Of a stretch of 64,000 nucleotides of DNA, positions 54,051 through 64,000 are shown in pieces. The notes beneath the pieces are model-generated. The model was not told the origin of the DNA and searched no databases. It saw nothing but the letters and a program-made list of their open reading frames with translations. This DNA is from Cyanidioschyzon merolae (taxonomy: Eukaryota), in NCBI GenBank assembly GCA_000091205.1, contig AP006487.2, one strand, 5' to 3'. Both the position numbers and the translations under genes were made by a program. Positions within the stretch are counted from its first letter, which is position 1; each line of letters begins with the position of its first letter.

Positions 54051-55637
54051 TCATTGCTGGGCTGTCGACGACGAGCCCGCACCGGCACCAGCCGATGAGA
54101 CTGATCTCGCGGCTGCTGCTGCGCTCGCTCGAAGCACCGCTTCGATGCAGCGATCCATTTCCTGTCCGCCGTCCAAGAAATCGCTCACGTTTCCGGTTTC
54201 CCAACCGTTCCGCAGATCCTTCACCAGCTTGTATGGGTGCAGAACGTAATTACGGATCTGCTGACCCCAGGCTGCTTCGACGGCTTCGCCTCGAATTTCC
54301 TCCCAGCGGCTGCTGCGCTGCTCCTCCCGAATGACGAGCAGCTTGGCCTTGAGAATCTGCATCCCCTTGGTGCGATTCTGCGACTGCGATCTTTCAGACG
54401 AGCAGCGCACAGATACACCGGTCGGGATGTGTACAATGCGCACAGCGGTTTCGACTTTGTTCACGTTCTGACCGCCGCTGCCTCCTGATCGCATCGTCGT
54501 AATCTCCAGGTCCGAGTCCGGAATCTGCAGCTCTTCCTCCTCGTCTTCAAGAATCGGAAGCACCTCTACCCCTGCGAACGACGTCTGACGTTTCGCATCC
54601 GCGTTAAATGGTGACTGTCGAACGAGTCGATGCGTGCCCTTCTCCCATCGCAGATAGCCGTATGCGTACGGAGCGTTCACCTCCAGAACGGCTGACTTGA
54701 TGCCCGCCGTCTCACCTGGTGACAGGTCGGAGACACGAACAACCTTACTGGTTCCACCGCTCTCCGATGCGGCATTTCCAAACTTTCTTTCACACCAGCG
54801 TGTGTACATGCGCAGCAGTATCTCGGCCCAGTCCTGTGCATCGGTGCCGCCGGCGCCCGCCTGGACGGTGACGCGTGCTCCAAACCGATCGTATTGGCCG
54901 GAGAAGAGTCGTTCCAGCTCGAAGCTTCCCAGGTCGCTTGCAATGCGTTCGAGTTCCGCCAGGGTCCCATGGAGCAGTACTCGCACATCGTCCAGGTCCT
55001 GGTTTGCGGTGGCAGACGTCTGTACGCCAGTGGTTCCTGGTTCGTGCGTGGCTGGCAGTTCCTGCAACTCTTCGATGGTGGCAGTTGCGAGCTGCACCAC
55101 GGAATCGGCGTCTGCAACAGCTCGGAGCCAGCGTTCAGCGCGCTCCACAAGCGCCTTTTGATGAGCGAGTGCGCGAAGTTTTCGCTGGGCCTCTTTCGCG
55201 TCGTTCCACATCTCAGGAGAGAGTGTTGCACGTTCGAGCTCTTTGAGCCGTTTCCGCTGAGCTTCAAGGTCCAGCAGTTCTGAAGTTCGATGAACCTGCT
55301 CCTGCACAGACTGGCGCAGTGACGAAACCTCGTGGGCAAGGTCTCCAATAGCGGTAACGCTCTGGTGTATCGGTTGAGAGCATGCGCAAAGGCCGCTCGC
55401 ACCCCAGCTTGCCGCTAACGCTTTCGGGTATCGGGGTTTCCCCAGGGCGATGCCGCCCCATCGCCCGCGTGGTCGACTCCAGCGTCGCGAGTTCAACGCG
55501 GAGCGCTGTTTTCCGAACCGCTGGTGGAGCTGTGCACAGTTCAAGCCACAGTTGCTTGATACCAGCACTCTATCACTTGGACAGGGCGGTGCGAACATTC
55601 CAGCGCAGCAGCGCCTCTCCCTCGCCAACATGTCCAC
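54051..55637 (-). CDS. PRFB: Organellar peptide chain release factor 2 (bacterial prfB-type, SPF tripeptide) with N-terminal extension
   Basis: 528-aa ORF. GGQ catalytic motif ([25 protein letters not shown]), RF2-specific SPF codon-recognition motif ([20 protein letters not shown]) and a PCRF domain ([27 protein letters not shown]). Confidence 0.85.
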   Translation of the reverse strand: MDMLARERRCCAGMFAPPCPSDRVLVSSNCGLNCAQLHQRFGKQRSALNSRRWSRPRGRWGGIALGKPRYPKALAASWGASGLCACSQPIHQSVTAIGDLAHEVSSLRQSVQEQVHRTSELLDLEAQRKRLKELERATLSPEMWNDAKEAQRKLRALAHQKALVERAERWLRAVADADSVVQLATATIEELQELPATHEPGTTGVQTSATANQDLDDVRVLLHGTLAELERIASDLGSFELERLFSGQYDRFGARVTVQAGAGGTDAQDWAEILLRMYTRWCERKFGNAASESGGTSKVVRVSDLSPGETAGIKSAVLEVNAPYAYGYLRWEKGTHRLVRQSPFNADAKRQTSFAGVEVLPILEDEEEELQIPDSDLEITTMRSGGSGGQNVNKVETAVRIVHIPTGVSVRCSSERSQSQNRTKGMQILKAKLLVIREEQRSSRWEEIRGEAVEAAWGQQIRNYVLHPYKLVKDLRNGWETGNVSDFLDGGQEMDRCIEAVLRASAAAAARSVSSAGAGAGSSSTAQQ

Positions 55638-56147
55638 AGTGCACGCCAGAACACAGACGCACTTGCGTCTCTGCTTCGAATGTGCGCGTTAGCCAAAGCG
55701 AACACCTTCAGTCCCCAGCGCGTTATTGTACGTCGCACGCTGTCTCTCTCCGGTGTACGGTCGGTGCGTTGAACGAGGCTCCCCTTCGAAGCGCAAGCGC
55801 TCCAGATAACACGTCACGAGCTTCCCCAGTTTCTCCGTAGACGCTTCCACGTTTCAAAAAACTCCACACAAGTCTCTCCTCTGCCAGAGTGGAAGCTTGA
55901 GCGTTCCACCAGCCTCGTAGGCGCTGATCCCTCCACTACAGACAAGCGTGTTTGCTGGTGTGCTTGAAACGCTCTGCTGCGTTCCCTGCACAAACGCAAC
56001 GAGCAGCGCGGCGCTGCTCGTAACCGCATGCCGCACGCCATTCCCGCAGCTGCAGTCGATCTGGACAACGCTCACTCCTTCAGGTGTTTGCGGTATACCA
56101 GCGGGAACTGCTGGAAGTGCAGCTAAACCGGGATAAAACATTACAAG

Positions 56148-56981
56148 ATGCGCGAATGGAAGAGTCAAGATGCCTGGAAACAACACAGCCTCAGGCTGTG
56201 CTTCGGCGTATGGCCTGGCACGGAGTTTTTGCATCGACCGCGCGCTGTTCACCGTCGCTCAGGGGTTGTGTGCTCACAAATGCAAACAGAAGACTCGCAT
56301 CCTGAGACACCGCAGGTACCCAAGGAGTCTCTTCAAGAGGAAAAGGATTCATCACCTGCTACAGATGCCTCTTTTATCCAGTCTCAAGATGGGAAAACCG
56401 TTTTTCTTGATCGGCGAACGGAGCGTCGGATTCAGCGAGGCTTCGTGCTCACGGAGCGCGGTCCACGGTCTATCTGGAAGCCAGCAGGCACGAGTTCTCA
56501 GCGTAACGAACGAGTGCCGCGGCGTGCAGCTGCACGTGGCGGGGCTGGTCCACCAGATACCACACCGCAGCTCGCGACTGTTCGTGTGCTCGTTTTGGGG
56601 GCGAATCACGTCGCACAGCGCTTAGCGGAGCTGCTTTCATCGCACTCACGGGTTTGCGGCTGTTACTTTGTGAGTGAAACTACCGATGAAGCAGCGATTG
56701 AGTCGATGAAAAAGTATGCGTACGCGTTACCGTTGCGCAGTGCACTGAATGACGACGAAGTCGTGCGCGTTGCGGAATGGGTGCTCGCCGATTATGTATT
56801 TCTGGTACCGACCGGGGAGACGCACGATGACGGAGTCTCCTTGAAGGATAAGGAAAGATTAGAACGCACGCTGGCACAGAATCGTGTCACGTTCATGGAC
56901 GAAAACCTAACCGGCTTGCTTCTAGAGAATCCCAGTCTGATAGATGCGCTATTCCGCGCTCGTGATAGTCTAGAGGCATAG
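56148..56981 (+). CDS. Hypothetical protein
   Basis: 277-aa ORF. The C-terminal half (VRVLVLGANHVAQRLAELL...VVRVAEWVLADYVFLVPTGETHDDG) looks globular, but I cannot assign a family. Confidence 0.3.
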   Translation: MREWKSQDAWKQHSLRLCFGVWPGTEFLHRPRAVHRRSGVVCSQMQTEDSHPETPQVPKESLQEEKDSSPATDASFIQSQDGKTVFLDRRTERRIQRGFVLTERGPRSIWKPAGTSSQRNERVPRRAAARGGAGPPDTTPQLATVRVLVLGANHVAQRLAELLSSHSRVCGCYFVSETTDEAAIESMKKYAYALPLRSALNDDEVVRVAEWVLADYVFLVPTGETHDDGVSLKDKERLERTLAQNRVTFMDENLTGLLLENPSLIDALFRARDSLEA

Positions 56982-57022
56982 ACTTGGCGCAAGGCTGACG
57001 AGGCATTGGGATGCAGTGTAGA

Positions 57023-57023
<1 letters not shown>

Positions 57024-57058
<35 letters not shown>
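57024..57058. repeat. (GCA)n trinucleotide microsatellite, about 11 units, intergenic
   Basis: gcagcagcagcagcagcagcagcagcagcagcagc, read directly. Confidence 0.9.
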
Positions 57059-57059
<1 letters not shown>

Positions 57060-58678
57060 CTAGTTGGGAACGCAAAGGTTCATCATGGGCATGATGTCGA
57101 AGTGAGCAGCCAGAAACTTTTCTGGATCGAGTTCTGTTGTGCACTTCCAGGCAGTACGGGAGTCTATTCGCTTCGATAACAAGGTAGGAGCATCGCGAGA
57201 AGCCTGGTAATCTTGGGGTTTTCATGGACGCCCGAGTTGGAGGCGGATTCAAAACACGGTTCTTGAATGAGCCGCGTTGCACGCAATTTTGAATAGATTC
57301 GCGATTGGTTGCTTCCCAGCGCATTTCCATCCTTCTTTTCATGACGAGTAGAGCGCAATGCTCTGAGGTCGACGCAGCAGAATAGTTGCCCTGGTGCCGG
57401 ATCGGTGCCGAGCGCGTCTGCATGGCGCATAATTGGAAATGCATTCAATCGTGTGATCCCTTCTACAGAATGACCTGCATCTTTTTCGCTTTCATTTTCA
57501 ACTTATCTCGACGCAAGGGCCTCGGCTGGCGTTGTCCATTCATGGACTATCGGCCATTGTACCGTATGCAACACCGTTCCACGTTTTCGCGGTTGCAATA
57601 GCACGTATGGAATCTGATCGGAGTGAGGATCCTCGAATTTCTTGTCTTCCCTGCCAAATATAGGTAATGTGAGCTCGGCATTGTGCTTGGATCCGGGTGT
57701 TCAACAAGCACAAACTCCTGATTCGAGCGCTTGCATCATGTTATGGATCGGCGGCCTCGCTCGTAATTCTCTTGGAACGCTTCGAATAGCTCCGGGGCGG
57801 CGACTTTTTTCGCAGTCTTGCATCAAGACGAGGAACCAGATCCCATCGGATGCGCAGTTGCTTCGTATTCATGGTATCGTCTCCGTGAGTCTCATCAGAT
57901 TCTGCTCGATGCATAGTACCCGCCCGCTCACGATGTCGAATCGATGCGCATAGCCAAACTCCCGCGGATGCGCGAGCGCTACCGCCGCCATCCCGAGGCA
58001 GAGAGGACTATCATCTCCGGCAAACCGTTGCACCTGCCGACAGGTCCATGCTGGAGTTCCTATCAGAACCAGAGCCATTTTCGATCCATTGACACCGGCC
58101 TTCCAGGCACTGAACATGCCGAGGACGCTGGCTGCTTCGACATGCCGTTCGCCTAACGGTAACAGAGCGGCTTTGAGGCGCCTTTAAGGGCGCCGACTCG
58201 AGACGCAGTCGGAATTCGCTTTCGCGTTCGACAGTGTCTAGGCGAGCAGCAGCGCCATGCGCATCCCAGCTCCTTACAGACCGCAGTTGCGAATCGTAGC
58301 CCTGACTCGGTCCTCGCTGGTGTTGCTGGTTTTCGATAATGACCGAATCGTGCGACAGCTTTCTCTGTTGAGCAGAAGGAATGCATACGAGCTCGCTGGT
58401 CACGATGCTGCTCCCGCATGGACAATGCTGACAGCGCCTGTGCATCAAAACGTGAGACGCATTGCGTCCGTGAGCCAGCGTTCCATGGCCAAGGCACGGT
58501 GCGGACGCTGCCTCCAGTCAGGGTACCGCTCGACACGAATTTACGCTCGGTAAACAAGTTGAAACGTACTTCCTAGCATCATTTGAGCGCGACTCGTAGC
58601 GAACACGATCTTTCTGCTCCAGACGGTTCATGTAGCATGCCAGCATCTTCTTTTGCTCGGCAAGATAGCATAAAACGA

Positions 58679-59623
58679 TCATGAACGACGCTCTAACGCA
58701 AGCTGATGAGCACGAGCAAGCATCTGATCCATTGCTTGCAAAACTCGATCATACAATTCCTGCCGAAGCGTCAGCAGTTTTTCGGCTCGCTCGAGGCCGC
58801 GCGTCCGCGTAGCCTGGAGTGCACAACCATCCAGCTCCTCCAACGCTCGGACAACTTTGCGGTACGATTCCATGCCCGGCTGCGTTGCTGAAGCAGTGTT
58901 TGCATCCAGTTTGTCCAACATACGGGCGAGATCGAAAAACTTTCGCCGCGTCTCCGAGAGTGGCACTCGTCGAAGACTCAGTCGGAAGGCCTCGATTTGA
59001 TCACGTTGCTGGTCAGGAGAAGCGGTTGCTGTGGGCTGCCGCCGCTGCTGCTGCTGCTGTTGCGGCTGGGGCGCTGCGGTTTCGACCACCGGCAGGCTGC
59101 CGCGCAGCAGCTCCAGCGCTTCCCGACACCGAGTTGCTGCGTCGATCAGCTCCTGCAGGGAGGAAACTTGCGTTGGGGTTTCTCGAGCCCGGCTACTTGT
59201 GTACCGTGCGCGCTCATCTTGAACATTTTCGTCCGCAACAAACACGGACTGAACGGGCTCCCGCTCCCAAACCGCATGGACACTGGTCGTCGGGGCCTGC
59301 AGTTCTGCCGGTGTCGGCGTCGCGGCGGTAAGCTCCGTTGCACCAAAAACCAGAGCGGCGTAAACCGTTATGCTGCATGCTAGCACATTGGCTTTTGCTG
59401 TGAAATGCTGCAATCGCCGCTGCTCTGGTTGTACCTTGCAAGCCTCCGCAGCGGTTGCATCAACGCTGGCGCCTGGCGGGTAAGCTAGTCGTCCTAGGCA
59501 CCTCAAGTGAAGTGGTTGGTGCCCCTCACTCTTTGAGCTAACAGTTCGTCGAATTCCGCTCCACCGATGCCGTAGTCGCTGGGAGAATGCCACTGAGTTT
59601 GCAAAGCCGAGCGCACACTGCAT
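58679..59623 (-). CDS. Hypothetical protein with one predicted transmembrane segment and a polyQ tract
   Basis: 314-aa ORF with hydrophobic VLACSITVYAALVFGATEL and QPQQQQQQRRQ. No family recognised. Confidence 0.3.
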   Translation of the reverse strand: MQCALGFANSVAFSQRLRHRWSGIRRTVSSKSEGHQPLHLRCLGRLAYPPGASVDATAAEACKVQPEQRRLQHFTAKANVLACSITVYAALVFGATELTAATPTPAELQAPTTSVHAVWEREPVQSVFVADENVQDERARYTSSRARETPTQVSSLQELIDAATRCREALELLRGSLPVVETAAPQPQQQQQQRRQPTATASPDQQRDQIEAFRLSLRRVPLSETRRKFFDLARMLDKLDANTASATQPGMESYRKVVRALEELDGCALQATRTRGLERAEKLLTLRQELYDRVLQAMDQMLARAHQLALERRS

Positions 59624-59804
59624 CAGTGTTTCCGAACCGCTGCTCAGGAACAGCGTGGAGCGAAGCTACGACTCGGACGAAGCGGACGTCGTGCCCAGAC
59701 GGGCACAGCGTCTTGTCCGCGTATACGCGCTCTAGCGTCGCTGTTCGAGGGCCTTTGACGCTCGTTTGCCTTGTGGAACGACTGGTAGCGATTGTCTACC
59801 CTGA

Positions 59805-61307
59805 TTGGCAGGCACGTGCTTCAGGTTTGTGCCTTCTGAGGCACCCGTAGACGTTGAACCTTGCAAACTTGGACGGCACGTAGATCTTCCAGCGCTGCGC
59901 TCTCTATTCTTAGCACGCTGGACAGAGACCCGACACCAGCTGTTCGCTTCAGGTAAGGTCGAACGCTCCTCGGCTGACGCTCTGCTTGCCTGGCGAGACG
60001 AGATGCACGTCAAGCGTAACTTTCAGGTTACGCACACGAGTCCTGGATCCCAGCAGGCGCGAGCAGAGCGTCTTGAGTTCTTGCCGCAAAAGAGGAGTAC
60101 GGGGAACTCGCCACGGGCCCGCGGTCCCGCTTTCACCGACAGCGCACGCGTCTCTAGTCGAGTGCAAGTATTCCATACTGCGCTTGCTTTTTGCTCGGTT
60201 CAGGGTTGGTTGGCAGGACGCCCTGTCTGGTCCGCAACAAGGCAGTGCTCGCAACGCCCTGCCCGTGAACGCGGTATGCGCTACTTACGGGTGCAACGTA
60301 CCAGGGGCATCGCACTGAACCTCTACGGCAATCAAGCCTTACCCAGTGATGAAGCGTTGCCCCCAGGCATGCCACCGCCGGTGTCGAGTTGGTTTCCCGG
60401 ACATATCGCTAAGGCGATGCGAGAGCTGCGCGACCGTCTCTCCCTGATCGACGTTGTCATCGAGGTCGTTGACGCCCGAATCCCTCGAACAACGTTTCCG
60501 CAATTCGTTCACGATATCCTTGGCACAAAAAGCCGCGTCATTGCGCTCAATCGTACGGACATGGTGCCCGTTGCTGCAAGCCGACACTGGCTCGCTGCGT
60601 TTCGACGTGGTGCACTGGACCGCGCGAGCGCAGCGTCCCAAGTCGAGCACCAGGCGAATGCACCCTGTTACCCAACCGATGGTAAGCTTGGAACCGGCAT
60701 TCCTCAACTACGGCGTGCGTGCATTGCTGCAGGGAAAACCGTGAATGAGCGGAGGGCGCGTCGAGGCCTGCTTTCTCGACCGATTCGTGTGGCGGTCATC
60801 GGCTATCCAAATGTTGGAAAATCAGCGGTGATCAACCGGCTCTGCAATCGCCGAGCAGCGGTATCTGCTGCACGTCCCGGGGTCACGAGGCAGCTCCAGT
60901 GGGTTCGGATCGCCCAGGATCTGGAACTGCTGGATACGCCAGGCGTCATTCCACCGAAACTCGAGGAGCAAGATGCTGCGTCGCGGTTGGCCATGTGTGA
61001 CGATATTGGTGAGACGGCGTACGATGTGGAGCGCATCGCGAGCCTCCTGATCGACACGCTGCTGACGCTGGATGGATCCTCCTGGATTGAGCATCCGTCG
61101 CTGCCAGCCAATGAGCGGCACGCTGTTCGATCAATCTTGCAACATCGGTATGGGTTTACGGATTTCCAGAATGGCGAGGATTTTCTCTATCTTGCGGCAA
61201 GGCAGTGCACGCAGAGGGACGTGGACAAAATGGCTCGTCGCCTGCTGACTGACTTTCGCCAACTTCATTTGGGGCGAATTTGTCTGGAGCCCTGCAAAAC
61301 CGACTGA
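59805..61307 (+). CDS. MTG1: Circularly permuted GTPase of the RbgA/YlqF/MTG1 family (organellar large-subunit ribosome biogenesis GTPase)
   Basis: Family N-terminal signature WFPGHIAKAMRELRDRLSLIDVVIEVVDARIP. Permuted order G4 (ALNRTDMV), then G1 VIGYPNVGKSAVIN, G2 PGVT, G3 DTPG. The ORF is open from 59805; the functional start may be an internal Met such as MRYLRVQ, leaving a presequence. Confidence 0.8.
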   Translation: MAGTCFRFVPSEAPVDVEPCKLGRHVDLPALRSLFLARWTETRHQLFASGKVERSSADALLAWRDEMHVKRNFQVTHTSPGSQQARAERLEFLPQKRSTGNSPRARGPAFTDSARVSSRVQVFHTALAFCSVQGWLAGRPVWSATRQCSQRPARERGMRYLRVQRTRGIALNLYGNQALPSDEALPPGMPPPVSSWFPGHIAKAMRELRDRLSLIDVVIEVVDARIPRTTFPQFVHDILGTKSRVIALNRTDMVPVAASRHWLAAFRRGALDRASAASQVEHQANAPCYPTDGKLGTGIPQLRRACIAAGKTVNERRARRGLLSRPIRVAVIGYPNVGKSAVINRLCNRRAAVSAARPGVTRQLQWVRIAQDLELLDTPGVIPPKLEEQDAASRLAMCDDIGETAYDVERIASLLIDTLLTLDGSSWIEHPSLPANERHAVRSILQHRYGFTDFQNGEDFLYLAARQCTQRDVDKMARRLLTDFRQLHLGRICLEPCKTD

Positions 61308-63214
61308 GAAGGCATCGGACTTGTACTGCAGCGCGCAAGCTAAGCGGTGATCTCCAACGGATGCCATATGGCCATTCGGGCCTGTTTTGGTTCCGCAAAT
61401 GCTCATTGAGAATTGCATCTGCGGGCAAGCAGAATCGTACCTGATGCTTGCAACCGCAACGACAACGAAATCAAAGACAATTCCGATCAGGTGAGCATAC
61501 GTGACAGTACGCGTCTGTCTCCGGTGGCGCTCGGCCGCATGCCTGTCATCCACATGAACTTGGTGGCAATGATATCAAGTGACTGGATCGCGGGGCGTCT
61601 TGGGCGCATCTTTTTCGATGAGGTTACGTGCCACGGGGAAACCTGGTTGGCGTTGCCGCCAGCGAGAAGCTCGCTGTCGTGCACTGCGCGCCGCCAGGGC
61701 TGGTACGGTCTCGTACAGTCCATCACCACACCTCTTTCCGTATCGATGGCACTGTGGTGTCATTTTGTGGCATGCTGCTGGGGCCTCTAAGGCATAGACA
61801 CGTCGCCGGGCCCGTACCCCGGGACACGTGTATCGATAGGATGTGTTCGTTTCAGATGAATATGTCCAACATGGTTGTTTATGTTGTTGCATATGCTGGT
61901 GCGCCGGGTTCACGACGCCCAAATGGACGCGCGCACACGCACTGTGCATTTCCATCTTGCGAGAGTTCAAACGAACTGGAACGCTTCTTGGCGATTTCTA
62001 TGGGTCTGAAGCATACCTCTACCCGAGACTCGCTGCACGTGCAGGTGCTGACTAGCGAGCGCACGCTGGTAACCGTTCCATCTTTTGTTCGCTGCTGGAG
62101 CAGCTTGGGAATCTGTGCCCTCCGGATGACATCGGCAGCACGCGCTCTCAAGGCGCATGGCGCTGATGAAGCCCCTGAATGGTGATGACGAACCTGATGC
62201 CATTGACGGAGGCGAGTTGCACGGCGACGTATCACGCTTCTCCGTTACCCGACGTGAAGTCGGTGGCAAAGCGCAACGTTTGGACGAGCATTTCGAGCGC
62301 AGGTTCACCGGAGCAAAGCCCCGGACCCCAGGAAAGCGTTCTGCTGGTGCTTTTCCCGGCCTCGACGCGCAGCGGCAAGTCGCAGGTGCCCTGTCGCAGG
62401 CGTGATATCGAGTGTGCAGCAGTCGCTGCGCCTCAAGTACGGATGATTGCATCCTGTTGGATCGCGTCGTGCACGATACGATCTTGATGGCTCTGCAGCG
62501 GCCTCGAATTCAGCCAGAAACTGATGCAGGAATGGAATGTCGCTTCATCACTTGTCTTGGACTATGTGCTGAAAATTCGTCGTCAGCGTGATGTCTAGAA
62601 AACGCCTCTCTCGGCAGAGGGCCCATGGAAACGAAATCCTTTTGGAAGGTTTGCGGAGATTGTCTCGCCAAATGACTGCACAGGCGTTCCGACGATGCGT
62701 GTTCGTCACAGGCTTGACGTGCAATGGACACCACTCGGTTCGAGAAGTTGCGCTTGTGTCCAGCACTTGTCCTGGCCCCTAGCGACGAAAACGCCTCAGG
62801 TCGCACGTGGCGCATCAGCTGTGCACGGGAACAAGCCGAGCGGCTGGCCCTGTACTTGTACCAGATGCGAACAGAACATTGAAGTGATCATGCGGTTCCA
62901 GCGGCTCGAATTTTTCCAATTTTTTTCTAAATAAACAGCGTCGACATTTATAGTGCAGCAGAAAAGGCGTACGGCCTCTTATGCAGGTCTGGGATGATCG
63001 CTTGTCATGTCGAAGAGGCGCTTTCGACGTTGTCCAGCTGGCAATCATTACATTACTGTCATCGAGATGATTCGCGATGCGCTCGAACAAGGGTTCGTAT
63101 AACAATCGATATCATTTTTCAATTCATAGATAAAGCCGCCTCTATTTTTTCGTTACGTGCAGTTCGCTGAAATCACACATTTTCTACGTTTCCGATCTTG
63201 CTTTTGAAGAAATC

Positions 63215-63814
63215 TTGTGGGCACCGCAATTCGCAACCCACTGGATTCACGAGAAAAACTCGATTGCACCCACTGAGGTCACGTTCACAAGCTCGTGCAG
63301 AACATTCACTGTACTGGTGTTGTCAACTGATCAGGTCAGGTCGAGAAACGAAAGCCTCTTCTCTCTGCAGGCATCGCCGCAAAAGGCAGTCGACAGCAGC
63401 GTCATAGATCTCGCGCTAGACGCTGTCAAAGTCTCCGGTCTTTTCCGTTCGCATTTCAGAGGGTCCTGGGCTCGGACCTGGCCACTGCAGCGATCGCGTC
63501 CTCGGGGAGCGCGCGTCACCGCTCTGCACGAAGGAGGCGAAGACAAATCGAAATTTTTTGACTTGTTCCGCATCCTGGATTCTCTTAACGGTACTCGTTC
63601 CGAAACGGACATCATTGCTTGCCCCAAGTCTTCTAGCAAATGGAACAGCGTTCGCTTGTGTCTGTGTCTGTGTCTGTACGTCGCAGACAGCGTACGCATC
63701 GATGGGAGCGCTCAGAAGAAACCCATGGACATGGGAGATGGCACGTGCGCCCTAACTAACGAAGGCATCAAGCCGACGCCGCTGTACTCGTCAAAGCCAT
63801 GGTCCGGGCGATGA
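63215..63814 (+). CDS. Hypothetical protein (ORF only)
   Basis: 199-aa ORF; contains a (TGTCTG)n-encoded CLCLCL run; no homology recognised. Confidence 0.2.
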   Translation: MWAPQFATHWIHEKNSIAPTEVTFTSSCRTFTVLVLSTDQVRSRNESLFSLQASPQKAVDSSVIDLALDAVKVSGLFRSHFRGSWARTWPLQRSRPRGARVTALHEGGEDKSKFFDLFRILDSLNGTRSETDIIACPKSSSKWNSVRLCLCLCLYVADSVRIDGSAQKKPMDMGDGTCALTNEGIKPTPLYSSKPWSGR

Positions 63815-64000
63815 AACAAGCCTTCCCGTGTCGTAATTAGTCCCTCATGTGAGGGTTTTTTAGGGACATATGGAAAGTCTTGGCCATAAGCAAGTGTTAC
63901 CGCTGCGTGCGCGTATTCAGCTAGCATACAAAGAAGATGAAAGGGCAAGGCGGGCATAGGTCGTATCTGGCGCCTGTGCATGACATGCGTCAACAACCGC

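Noticed and set aside
54051-55637. Looked for a bacterial-style programmed +1 frameshift site in the RF2 gene
   Set aside because: The ORF is continuous from the presequence through the GGQ domain, so no frameshift is needed.
58183-58205. GC-rich palindrome ggcgcctttaagggcgcc (possible hairpin or terminator)
   Set aside because: A short 6-bp stem in intergenic eukaryotic DNA. Rho-independent terminator logic does not apply. No flanking feature supports a function.

Overview
This window reads as nuclear DNA from a GC-rich, CpG-rich, gene-dense and apparently intron-poor unicellular eukaryote. Genes average about one per 3 kb on both strands, almost all as single long ORFs. The GC estimate is by eye, roughly mid-to-high 50s percent; nothing was computed.

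About twenty protein genes are recognisable by conserved motifs. They include a 3' partial FBPase/SBPase-family gene at the left edge, proteasome alpha-1, porphobilinogen deaminase with a roughly 90-aa N-terminal presequence, a purple acid phosphatase with a signal peptide, UDP-glucuronate decarboxylase (UXS) and a class-I fructose-bisphosphate aldolase. The cell-cycle and chromatin set comprises MAD1, a Polo-like kinase with two polo boxes, the SUMO-E1 subunit UBA2/SAE2, a PHD-ELM2-SANT chromatin protein and a 1R-MYB protein. A BCH/CRAL-TRIO_2 domain protein and a TPT/SLC35-type sugar-phosphate or nucleotide-sugar transporter are also present. Three nuclear-encoded organelle translation factors each carry an N-terminal extension: two circularly permuted GTPases (NOA1/YqeH-type and RbgA/YlqF/MTG1-type) and a prfB-type (SPF-motif) RF2.

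The bacterial-type RF2, the presequence-bearing PBGD and the two organellar ribosome-assembly GTPases point to an organelle that reads UGA as stop, either a plastid or a mitochondrion using the standard code. PLK, MAD1 and ELM2 argue against land plants. Lineage cannot be assigned from sequence alone; an intron-poor alga or a stramenopile-like protist are both plausible.

No rRNA or tRNA genes, CRISPR arrays or prokaryotic operons were found. The structure not explained by genes is repetitive.
- An unclassified dispersed repeat of about 782 bp has two near-identical direct copies (11591-12372 and 34850-35632) plus two degraded fragments.
- A second dispersed element of about 215 bp sits at the same relative position upstream of two unrelated minus-strand genes.
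- Four minisatellites (36-, 82-, 75- and 92-bp units) lie in gene flanks.
- There are numerous trinucleotide tracts, several of them coding polyQ or polyT runs inside conserved genes.

The remaining findings are a truncated or degenerate AMP-binding-like gene and a head-to-head gene pair whose start codons lie 47 bp apart.
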